Made by a program: the position numbers and the translations under genes. From contig CAWFFN010000012.1 in NCBI GenBank assembly GCA_963815115.1, positions 543,260 to 607,259 on the forward strand: a stretch of DNA of 64,000 nucleotides. Direction: 5' to 3'. Positions 18,942-27,069 of this stretch are shown piece by piece. Source of the DNA: an uncultured delta proteobacterium. Its GTDB lineage: Bacteria; Desulfobacterota; Binatia; DP-6. Below the pieces are notes generated by a model. That model made no database searches, had not been told where the DNA came from, and saw nothing but the letters and a program-made list of their open reading frames with translations. The number at the start of each line of letters is the position of its first letter. Within the stretch, counting starts at the first letter, position 1.

Positions 18942-20814
18942 GCGAGCTCTCCGCGGCGCCAGGCGGGAGTGCGTAGAGGGCGGACCCGCCGGCACGCACC
19001 ACGGGAGCGCCTGCCCGGTCGAGGAACGCCCGCCACAGCCCGGTGACCTGGGCCTCGTAGGGATCGCCGGCCGCCTTCAGGTCGTTCTCATCCACGGCGA
19101 CGTGCGTCGCGCCGAGCCGGCGGGCTGCGTCGCCGAGAGCATCGACCGTGTTCACGTGCCGGTAGTCGACGAGACCCTGCTCGAGGTAGCTCATCAGCAC
19201 GAAGGGCCGCTCGATGAAGTAGGGGTGGGGGATCTTCTCGAACACGAGCACGCGTCCGGTCGCGGGGATGGCCTGGTTGGCCTGGTGCCAGAAGACATAG
19301 CGGTCCGAGTAGCGGGAAAGGAAGACCTCGGGGGCGAGGCGCCCGAAGGCGACGCGCACCTGGTCCGGCCACATGGGGCGGAGCATGCGGCTCACGAGGA
19401 GCAGGTTGCCGCCGACGGTGACCGCCACCACCAGACAGAACAGGCGCCGCCCGCACAGCGCCCGCGCCGCCGGCGTCGCGGCCGCGATCAGGAGCGCGAG
19501 CCCGGGAAGCACGTAGCGCGGGTGCGCCCACGCCCCGACTGCGATGATCGCGACGTAGCCGGCTCCGATCGCGGCCACCGCCAGCGCGGCGCCCCGTCGC
19601 TCCCGGAGCAGGACCAGCGCCGGGAGGAAGGCCAGGCTCCACGGGCTCGTGTCCTGTCCCTGTCGCTTGCCCTTCTCGAACGACTCCGGATGCATGGTGA
19701 GATCCCACGGGAAGCGCGCCACCTCGGTGCCCCGGTAGGGCTTGCCGCCGCGCTGCGAGGCCTCCGTGGTGCGGTACTGGTCGTAGTACAGGTCGAGATA
19801 CGCGGCCGCCTCGGTACTCCAGTTGCGCCCCGCGAACACCCTCTGGCCGAAGGGGTAGAGAGGATTTCCGGTCTCGACCAGGTTGCGTACGTACCAGGGC
19901 GAGAGCAGCACGAGCGCGAGCACGCCGAAGCTCAGCGCGGCGCCGCCGGCGCGTCCGAGCGCGAGGCGGCGGCGGGCGAGGACGGCGAGGACGCCGATGC
20001 CCACCAGCGTCGGCACGAGCAGCGCCATGATCTTGGAGCCGCCCGCGAGACCGGCCATGATGCCCGCGCGTCGCAGGTCGCCCGCCCGCTCGCTGCTTGC
20101 CCAGTCGAGCAACGCCGAGACGGCGAGCGCGGCGTAGAGCACCACGCTCGTGTCGGTTCCTGCGCGGGTCATCTGCGACCAGCACATCCCGGTGGTGAAG
20201 AACACGGCGCCGGCGACGGCTCCCAGCCGATCACCGAGATGGCGGCGAGTGAGCGTCGCCAGGGCGAGCGCAGCCATCACGCCGGCGACGGCGTTCAGCA
20301 GCCGCGCCAGGACGTCGCCGCGCAGCGCGAAGGCGATCGTGAAGAGAAAGTTCTCGAGCCACTGCTGCTGTCCCCAGAAGGTCCAGGGTGTGGGCACGAG
20401 GCCGCCGGCGAGCGCGTAGAGCCGCGGGTAGACGAGATGGTACTTCTCCTGGTCGCCGCCCACCGGCGGCGCGAACCACGTCGGCGCCTCGATGAGCAGC
20501 AGCAGGGCACAAGCGGCCACGAGAACCCACGTCATGAGCCCGCGCGGCGCGCGCACCGCGCGCAGGGCAGCGATGAGAGGCGAGCCGCCCGCGACGAGCG
20601 CGATCGCGCCCGCGATCGCGAGGGGCAGGGGGCGGAGCACTCCGGCGGCGGCGAGCCCGAGCCCGACCAAGCTGGCCAGCCCGAGGCCGGTGGCGAGGCC
20701 CGCCAGCAGATGCTCGTGGGGCTGGTTCGGCAGCGCGCTCGCGGCGCGCAGCGCGAGCAACCCGGCCGCGGCGCTGGCTGCGAGCACCGCGAGCAGCAGG
20801 AGCAGATCGATCAC
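18934..20814 (-). CDS. GT39/PMT-ArnT-like membrane glycosyltransferase with a C-terminal soluble domain
   Basis: Multi-TM N-terminal half with PMT/ArnT-like loop motifs (ALAGGLVPTPWTFWGQQQW; TGNPLYPFG). Overlaps the flippase start by 8 nt. The start is uncertain; a GTG at 20814 was chosen. The long upstream extension is low-complexity. Confidence 0.55.
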   Translation of the reverse strand: MIDLLLLLAVLAASAAAGLLALRAASALPNQPHEHLLAGLATGLGLASLVGLGLAAAGVLRPLPLAIAGAIALVAGGSPLIAALRAVRAPRGLMTWVLVAACALLLLIEAPTWFAPPVGGDQEKYHLVYPRLYALAGGLVPTPWTFWGQQQWLENFLFTIAFALRGDVLARLLNAVAGVMAALALATLTRRHLGDRLGAVAGAVFFTTGMCWSQMTRAGTDTSVVLYAALAVSALLDWASSERAGDLRRAGIMAGLAGGSKIMALLVPTLVGIGVLAVLARRRLALGRAGGAALSFGVLALVLLSPWYVRNLVETGNPLYPFGQRVFAGRNWSTEAAAYLDLYYDQYRTTEASQRGGKPYRGTEVARFPWDLTMHPESFEKGKRQGQDTSPWSLAFLPALVLLRERRGAALAVAAIGAGYVAIIAVGAWAHPRYVLPGLALLIAAATPAARALCGRRLFCLVVAVTVGGNLLLVSRMLRPMWPDQVRVAFGRLAPEVFLSRYSDRYVFWHQANQAIPATGRVLVFEKIPHPYFIERPFVLMSYLEQGLVDYRHVNTVDALGDAARRLGATHVAVDENDLKAAGDPYEAQVTGLWRAFLDRAGAPVVRAGGSALYALPPGAAESSHG

Positions 20815-21019
20815 GACGACCCCCGGAGGTAGCCGAGCCAGTAGATCGCGTAGATCGCCGCGGCCCAGACGGCGAGCACCAGCCGGAGGATCACGGCGGC
20901 GCTCCGGCGAGGGGCTCCTGGGGGCACATGGGCGCGGGAGAATAGCGGGAAGCCTCCCGGATGACGAGAGCAACGAAGCCCGCTTACGTTGTGGCACCTG
21001 CGGGGGTCCAGCGACGCTG

Positions 21020-21049
21020 TTCCCAATCCCGACGGTGCCCGCGTATACT
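21020..21049 (+). promoter_or_regulatory. candidate promoter TTCCCA-N18-TATACT for the mntA-hepT operon (leaderless start)
   Basis: An AT-rich TATACT box sits 6 nt before the GTG at 21056 in a 70% GC background. Confidence 0.3.
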
Positions 21050-21055
21050 GCGCCG

Positions 21056-21463
21056 GTGACCGCCATTGACGACATCCGCGGCGTACTGGATCAGCGCGAC
21101 GATGTCCGCCTCGCGTACGTCTTCGGTTCCGTCGCCCGCGGGCACGCCCGGCCCCGCAGTGACGTCGACGTGGCGGTGCTCTTCGAGGGGGAGGCCACGC
21201 CGGGGGTGCTGGACCATTTCACCGAGGACCTCGAAGACGCTGCGGGCCGACGGGTCGATCTCATCGATCTCGCGACGGCTCCTCCCCTTCTGGCGCATCA
21301 GGTCGTGTCCACGGGCACCTGCATCGTGTGTCGCAACCCGAGGGAGCGTGCGTCCTTCGAGACCAGGACCGTCATCCGCTATCTCGACACTGCGCATCTC
21401 CGAAAGCTCCAGCACAGGTATCTCGCCAAACGCGTACAGGCGCGTCATGACGATCGAGCCTGA
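21056..21463 (+). CDS. mntA: MntA-type nucleotidyltransferase antitoxin (type VII TA)
   Basis: GTG start. AYVFGSVARGHARPRSDVDVAVLF is the GSxxRGxxxxxSDxD minimal nucleotidyltransferase motif. 135 aa. Confidence 0.75.
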   Translation: MTAIDDIRGVLDQRDDVRLAYVFGSVARGHARPRSDVDVAVLFEGEATPGVLDHFTEDLEDAAGRRVDLIDLATAPPLLAHQVVSTGTCIVCRNPRERASFETRTVIRYLDTAHLRKLQHRYLAKRVQARHDDRA

Positions 21464-21875
21464 CGTCGTCAGGCGCAAGCTTCTCGAGATCAACGAGGCC
21501 ACGGGGCACCTGCGTTCGTGGATCCCGGTTACAATCGAGCGGCTCGAGACGGACCAGCAACTCCGCTGGGCCGTCGAGCGGGGCCTGCAGGTCGCCGCCG
21601 AGGCGCTTTTCGACGTCGGGGCGCACATTCTTACAGCCGAATTCCAGGAGGCTGTGGACGAATACCGGCACATTCCGAAGCGACTCCTAGCCCGAGGCGT
21701 CCTGTCGTCGGAGACCGCTGCAAAGCTGAAAGGCCTCGCCGGCTTTCGCAATGTCCTTGTGCACGAGTACGCCGAGATCGACCTGAAGCGCGTTCACGCT
21801 GGGCTCGAGCGACTCGGCGACTTCGACGCGTTCGTCTCGGACGTGGAGCGCTGGCTGCAAGAGAGGACGGGGTGA
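21447..21875 (+). CDS. hepT: HepT-type (DUF86) RNase toxin
   Basis: The RX4HXY motif is RNVLVHEY. 142 aa. Overlaps the mntA 3' end by 17 nt. Confidence 0.8.
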   Translation: MTIEPDVVRRKLLEINEATGHLRSWIPVTIERLETDQQLRWAVERGLQVAAEALFDVGAHILTAEFQEAVDEYRHIPKRLLARGVLSSETAAKLKGLAGFRNVLVHEYAEIDLKRVHAGLERLGDFDAFVSDVERWLQERTG

Positions 21876-22151
21876 GGAGGTGATGACGGGGCTGCTCGAG
21901 CGACACGGCCCCGGGTGGCTCGGGGCAGGACACCCTATTTCTTGATCATGACGTGCTCTCCTTGAGGTATGAATTGAGGTACGAACGTCGGCGACGGCCT
22001 GCGCAGGCGCCGGAGGTTCGATCGGCCATCGATCACGCGGACCGCGCGCAACGGTGTCATGCTCGTGAGCCGTACAGTTTCGTGCGAGACACCTGCCGAT
22101 CTGCGCGCGCTGCGCAGCCCGCTCCCGCTGTGTGTGGGCCCGCGATATTCA

Positions 22152-23018
22152 CTATAGGGAGATATGGAAGCAAGAACACGGGAAATTGTCAGCACCCACA
22201 CAGGATGATCCAATAGGACAATGGCCGCCGCATTGGGGAAACGTACCCCCGCAGACGGGGGGTGGGGCACAGCCGCACGTTCCACCGAAGTTGACGCCCA
22301 CACATCTCATCCCGTTAGGGCAAGTGCCGTTGCAGGCCGGCCTAGATCCCCTACACGTGAAGATCATCGTGGTCGTTGTGGTCGTGGTCGTTGTGGTCGT
22401 GGTCGGGGTCATCGGCGGTGAGCAGGTGCCCTCGGTCACCGGCTTTGCAACCTTGAACTGCTTCGTGCCGTCGTTGGTGACCTGCCCGTCCGCGAAGCGA
22501 ACGTCGTAGGTGTCGCCGCCCTCCCCGACCTCGAGCCGCATGCAGCCGTCCGTGCCGGGGTTGGGTGGCAACACGGCAATCGCCCCGAGCTGGCCGATGG
22601 CGACGGCCTTGATCCGGAAGACCCCGCCACCCGATCTCTTCAGCTGCGCGACTTTGACCGGGCCATTCTCGCCCTTCGAGTCCTTGTACTTGAAGCCCCT
22701 GACGGCATCGCCGCTCCAGAACGGCTGCCCGGTCAGTGCGCTCGTGCCTCCGGGCAAGGTGAACGTCTGCTCGCTCGACGTACCGCCGTTGGCCGTGAGC
22801 GTGAGGGTCGCACCCGAGCCGGCGGGGTCACCCACGATGGTATCGGGGCTCCCCACCTCCCTCGCTTTGACCACGACCTGCCGCCTGGCGGGCGTGCTCG
22901 GATTCTTCACTACGAGCTGGTCGCCGAGGATGGTCTGGTCGGCGGCGCCGGCGGGCCGTGCCGCCGTCACCGTCAGGGCAAGCAGCAGGGCGATGTGGGT
23001 CGTCGGACGATGAAACAT
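22152..23018 (-). CDS. secreted protein with a poly-Thr (T13) linker and a C-terminal Cys-rich CPxGxxC module
   Basis: ATG at 23018 with GAGGAGG as RBS. Signal peptide MFHRPTTHIALLLALTVTAARPAGAA. An (ACC/ACG)13 tract at 22371-22412 precedes CNGTCPNGMRCVG...CGGHCPIGSSCVG. The last ~25 codons have atypically low GC3. Confidence 0.6.
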   Translation of the reverse strand: MFHRPTTHIALLLALTVTAARPAGAADQTILGDQLVVKNPSTPARRQVVVKAREVGSPDTIVGDPAGSGATLTLTANGGTSSEQTFTLPGGTSALTGQPFWSGDAVRGFKYKDSKGENGPVKVAQLKRSGGGVFRIKAVAIGQLGAIAVLPPNPGTDGCMRLEVGEGGDTYDVRFADGQVTNDGTKQFKVAKPVTEGTCSPPMTPTTTTTTTTTTTTMIFTCRGSRPACNGTCPNGMRCVGVNFGGTCGCAPPPVCGGTFPQCGGHCPIGSSCVGADNFPCSCFHISL

Positions 23019-23166
23019 GGCCGGAGTCCTCCTCGCGGTTGGTCGTCGGTGGTGTTCGGATGCCCGAAGCAGACTGCGGCGTCTCACCCTGGGGGCGTCG
23101 AAGGCCGCCGTTTCTGGGCCTCGTCAAGGACCGGTCGGATCAATGAACCTCCTCCGAAAGGGGAAC

Positions 23167-23208
23167 GTGACAACGGTGGGAACATGGGTGTGACGCGGCT
23201 GGGAACAT
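23167..23208 (-). promoter_or_regulatory. ATGTTCCC-N5-TGTCAC motif (two to three copies) upstream of the 22152..23018 gene
   Basis: On the sense (minus) strand: ATGTTCCCaccgtTGTCAC at 23185-23167, ATGTTCCCagccgcgTCACA at 23208-23189, and a further GATGTTCC at 23220-23214. Confidence 0.45.
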
Positions 23209-23668
23209 CACCGGAACATCACCGGGGGCTGAGGATGGCGCTTGTCCGGTCCCGGCCCTGCCGGTCCCCGCCCGGCGCAACCGTGCCCCACGGACTGCGC
23301 TGTCCTACAGCGCGGCCCCGAAGCGGCCGGAGGCGGTCGAGGCGGTGCAGGTCTTGCCGAGGCGCCCCGTCACGTGCTGCCGCAGGTCGCTTGCGCGGGG
23401 AAGATAGAGCTTTCAAGGGCCGATTCGGCCCTCGCGCCTTCTACCAGCCCCCGTCGCTCTGTAACGACGTGTGGGGTGTCCCGTGTTCCTCGGAGCGCTC
23501 CGCCGAGACGACACCCAAGGGACGCCCTAGTGTCGCGTCGAGGACAAGTCCGCTACGAAATGGGCTACGGAACGGTTCATCGCCGCGCGATAGCTTGCGG
23601 GTGCCTCCGCCGCACACCCGGGAGGGGTCTCGCGATCGCCGGGCCGAGTGTCCGTGGCCTGGGCGGTG

Positions 23669-23710
23669 ATGTTCCCTTCCGTGTCACATGCATGTTCCCT
23701 GCGCTGTCAC
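23669..23710 (+). promoter_or_regulatory. tandem ATGTTCCC-N5-TGTCAC motif (x2, 23-nt register) upstream of the haloperoxidase-like gene
   Basis: gATGTTCCCttccgTGTCACatgcATGTTCCCtgcgcTGTCAC, 25 nt before the ATG at 23735. Confidence 0.45.
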
Positions 23711-23734
23711 GGTTCCATGGCGAAGGGAGAAACC

Positions 23735-25075
23735 ATGAACTCAGTGCACGCACGTTTTTCCGCAGTGCTCGTAGGCGTCGTCGGGCTCGCGGCCGTCGTC
23801 GTGACGACGAGCCGCGATGCCGGGGCGGTGCTGCCGCCCGGCAACACGGTGCAGCAGTGGAACAAGATCGCAGAGGACACGGTCGTTGGCTCGGGCGCGT
23901 TCCAGGTCGAAGGCCTGATCTACATGGCCTACGTGTCCGCTGCCGTGTATGACGCGGTGACCTCGATCGAGGGTGGCTACGAACCGTACGCGACCGATAT
24001 CCCGGCGCCGCCAGGGGCATCGACGGAGGCGGCGGTGGTCGAGGCCGCCTACCGAACGCTTCTCAACTACTTCCCGACGCAGGGAGCGACACTCATGCCG
24101 CTCTATGACGGAAGCCCTGGCGCTCATCGCCGACGGGAAGGCGAAGGATGATGGCAAGGCGATCGGGCTCACGGCTGAGGACGGCATCATCGCTCTCCGT
24201 ACGGGCGACGGGCGCCTGACGCCGATCGGCACGACATCGCCGTTCCCGACGCTGCCGCAGGGCCCGGGCGTCTGGCGGTTGACGCCCCCTGGGTTCCTCG
24301 TGCCGCAGGTACCCTGGGCGGGATCGGTCACGCCCTTCGTGCTCGAGCGAGGAGACCAGTTCCTGCCCGGTCCTCCGCCCTCGCTCGGGAGCAAGCGGTG
24401 GGTGAGGGACTTCAACGAGATCAAGACCTACGGTGCGGCGAGCGGTAGCGCTCGGACCGACGAGCAAACTGCGGCCGCGCGGTTCTGGACGGCGAACGTC
24501 ATCAGGCAGTACAGCCGCCTGCTCCGTGACGTCGCCGATGCCCACGCACTTGATCTGCTCCAGACGGCGCGGCTCGCGGCGATGGTCGAGCTCGTCGGCG
24601 CCGATGCGGGAATCTCGGTGATCAACGCCAAGTACCACTACCTCTTCTGGCGGCCGGTGACGGCGATCAACCAGACCGCGGTCACGGCCTGACGGCTTCG
24701 GGCCGGTGCCCGGGTTCGACGACGGGAATCCGGCGACGATCGAAGACACCACGTGGCAGCCGCTCCTCACGACGCCGAACCATCCCGAGTACCCCAGCGC
24801 CCACGGCGTGTTGACCTCGGCGATGGCGGAGGTGTTCCGCAAGTTCCTGGGGACGAGCAAGGTCGATCTCGACATCCACGGCTTCGACGCGGCGGGGCTC
24901 GCCAGGGAACCTGGACGCCGTGCGCCACTTCCACAAGATAGGCGCGCTCCCCAGGGAGATCATCGAGGTGAGGATCTGGGGAGGCCTCCACTACCGCAAC
25001 TCGGATGAAGTGGGCGTCGCGGTCGGCCAGAAGGTTGCCCGCTACGACTTGGGGCACGCTTTCAAGGCGCGTTGA
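23735..25075 (+). pseudogene. vanadium-dependent haloperoxidase / PAP2 acid-phosphatase-like secreted protein, disrupted by at least 3 frameshifts
   Basis: Frame 1: signal peptide MNSVHARFSAVLVGVVGLAAVVV...LNYFPTQGATL. Frame 2: TEALALIADGKAKDDG...AKYHYLFWRPVTAIN. Frame 3: GNPATIEDTTWQPLLTTPNHPEYPSAHG. Frame 4: NLDAVRHFHKIGALPREIIEVRIWGGLHYRNSDEVG...AFKAR*. WRPVTAI, HPEYPSxH and GxHYRxD are the conserved VHPO/PAP2 motifs. Frame switches fall near 24100, 24700 and 24905. Confidence 0.6.
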
Positions 25076-25213
25076 ACAGACGCAGTCGAGATGAAGGGAG
25101 CCGGGCCCGCGGTGGGGCCCGGCTCGCCCTCCGTTGACAGGCCACGTCAGCGATGCAGTGACGGGAGGCTCCGGTGAGCACGTCAGCCCGTGTAGAGAGG
25201 CGTGATCGCGGGT

Positions 25214-25780
25214 TCAACCTGCTCGTCGCGGCAGGAGCGAGCGGGACCACACGCGACTCGATCTCCGGCTGCCGGCGCTCGTCGAGCACCCGGCGCAGTG
25301 GCGTGCGCCGCGCGACGACCTGAGCTTGCTGCTCCGCGCCGTGACGAAGATCTTCGCAGTCCTCCTGATCAGGTCGGCCACACTCCTCAGATCGTTGTTC
25401 TCCATGAACGAGCGGCCGAGCATCAGCACGCGCCTGGTGCGCGCGCGGACGACGAAGAAGCCGCTCTCGGGCACCAGGCCGTTCTAGCCGCGAGACAGCA
25501 GCAGGTACTTGCCGCCCAGGCCGCGATCGGGGCCGGGCAGCCGAAATCGATGACCCAGCGCCATCAGAAATCGTCGATCGTGCCGAGCGTATCGGGCGGC
25601 GTTTCGAGCATCATCGGCCCCTTGCTCAGGTCGATGACGCCGACGAAATAGCGTGTCCGCGTTCGCCGTCAGGAACAGCGACTTGGCATGGATCAGCTCG
25701 GAGAAGATGAGGATATCGCTATCCTTCACGCCGGCGTCGCCGAAACCTTTGTGAACGGCTGCCGCGTTGACGCCCTGCAT
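25214..25780 (-). pseudogene. phospholipase-D-like (HKD) gene fragments in two frames
   Basis: ...IHAKSLFLTANAD... is HxK-like and ...MLGRSFMENNDLRS... resembles GSANxDxRS. The pieces are short, interrupted and in different frames. Confidence 0.3.
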
Positions 25781-25990
25781 AGCTGCTCGGCGCTGGGCGC
25801 GACTGCCCTCGGTGACGTGCTACAGCGCGGCGACGGCGGCAACGACTATCGCGGAGGTGGGGTGCGGTGCTGCCGAGCTGTACACCGAGCGCCTGGTCAC
25901 CACTCAGGGTGACCGACCGATAGCGGCCGTGCTGTTCGGTTCGGCGACCCGACGACCGGTACTCCTCCTTCCTTCTGGGCCCGCGCGACG

Positions 25991-26032
25991 ATGTTCCCTG
26001 TCGCGTTCCATGCATGTTCCCTTGGTTGTCAC
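25991..26032 (+). promoter_or_regulatory. ATGTTCCC ... ATGCATGTTCCC-N5-TGTCAC motif upstream of the 26237 gene
   Basis: gATGTTCCCtgtcgcGTTCCatgcATGTTCCCttggtTGTCAC, same orientation and register as the 23669 copy. Confidence 0.45.
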
Positions 26033-26236
26033 ACCTCCATCTCGGGGCCGGCGGGCCCGTCCAGGATGCACCGACGGCACCCTCGTCCAGAAGTTCGCAT
26101 GCCCAATAGAGGCCGTCGGCCGGCTGTTACGGGAGATCCCCCCAAAAGGAAGGTGCCACATGAATCGGACGCTTTGCAGCCGCCATCCTGCTTCGCTCAG
26201 AATATCCGCATATCCGCCCGCCGGATTTCGGCGGCC

Positions 26237-27069
26237 ATGGTGCCCGGCTCTCTCCGCCGCCTCGCCTGGCTCGTTCCCCTCTGCGCCCTGATCGGCTCCG
26301 CTGGAGCGGCGGGCGCAGGCACCCCCGCGCAGACGTGTGCCGCCGCGAAGCTGAAGGCGGCGGGCACGGAAATCGGGGGCGAGATGGGCTGCTACGGGAA
26401 GGCGAAGCAGGCGGGCGTTGCCGTCGATGGGGGCTGTCTCTCGAGGCAACGGATGAAGGCGGACAGGCGGATCAACTCGCTTGACGGCGCCTGCTCCGGC
26501 ACGGCGGCGGCCATCGACGCGGCCGTCGATAATTGCGTGGCCGCGTTCCTCAGCGACGACCCCGGCAACGGGGTGTGCCCGGCGGCGAGCGCGCAGAAGA
26601 TCGGCAAGGGCGGGAAGGCGGAACTCGCGTGTCAGGCGAAGGAAGTCTTGAGGCCGGGCATGTTCGCGGCGTGTGATGAGAAAGCCGACGGCAAGACGGG
26701 CGCGGGCCTAGAGAACGCGGGCGGCTGCGTGAATCCGACGGCCGTCCTCACGGACATCGACAACTGCAACACCGCCATTGACGCCATCATCGAGCAGACG
26801 ACGACCACCACCACCGAGCGACGACCACCAGCGAGCAGACGACCACCACCGAGCAGACGACCACCACCACCATCCCGTCCCCCTGCACTAGTAGTTCCGG
26901 TGGTAGTCCCTGCGATGCTTCTTGCCCTGGCTCTGTTTGCGCCCCGGAGTCGCCGCCTCCCACGGGGCATGGGCATCGCTGTCCATCGCCCCCCCAGCAC
27001 CTTAGCCCCGGGGATGCCTGCGTAGATGCAGACATCTGCGATTATGTTGAGTGCCAGCTCGGACGGTGA
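26237..27069 (+). CDS. secreted Cys-rich protein with an (EQTTTT)4 linker; frameshifted inside the linker repeat (likely pseudogene or assembly indel)
   Basis: Signal peptide MVPGSLRRLAWLVPLCALIGSAGAAGA, then a K/A-rich paired-Cys helical domain. At about 26819, gagcGacgacc replaces the expected gagcAGacgacc. After the shift the frame reads QTTTSEQTTTTEQTTTTTIPSPCTSSSGGSPCDASCPGSVCAP...CVDADICDYVECQLGR* with a stop at 27067-27069. Confidence 0.55.

Noticed and set aside
22148-22161. Functional T7-type phage promoter
   Set aside because: Only the initiation core (-7 to +6) matches. The polymerase specificity region does not, and no single-subunit RNAP gene is nearby. Kept as a curiosity or foreign-junction marker only.
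22371-22412. Possible CRISPR or microsatellite at the (acc/acg)n tract and other short repeats
   Set aside because: These are in-frame Thr or acidic codon repeats inside genes. No repeat-spacer architecture exists anywhere in the window.
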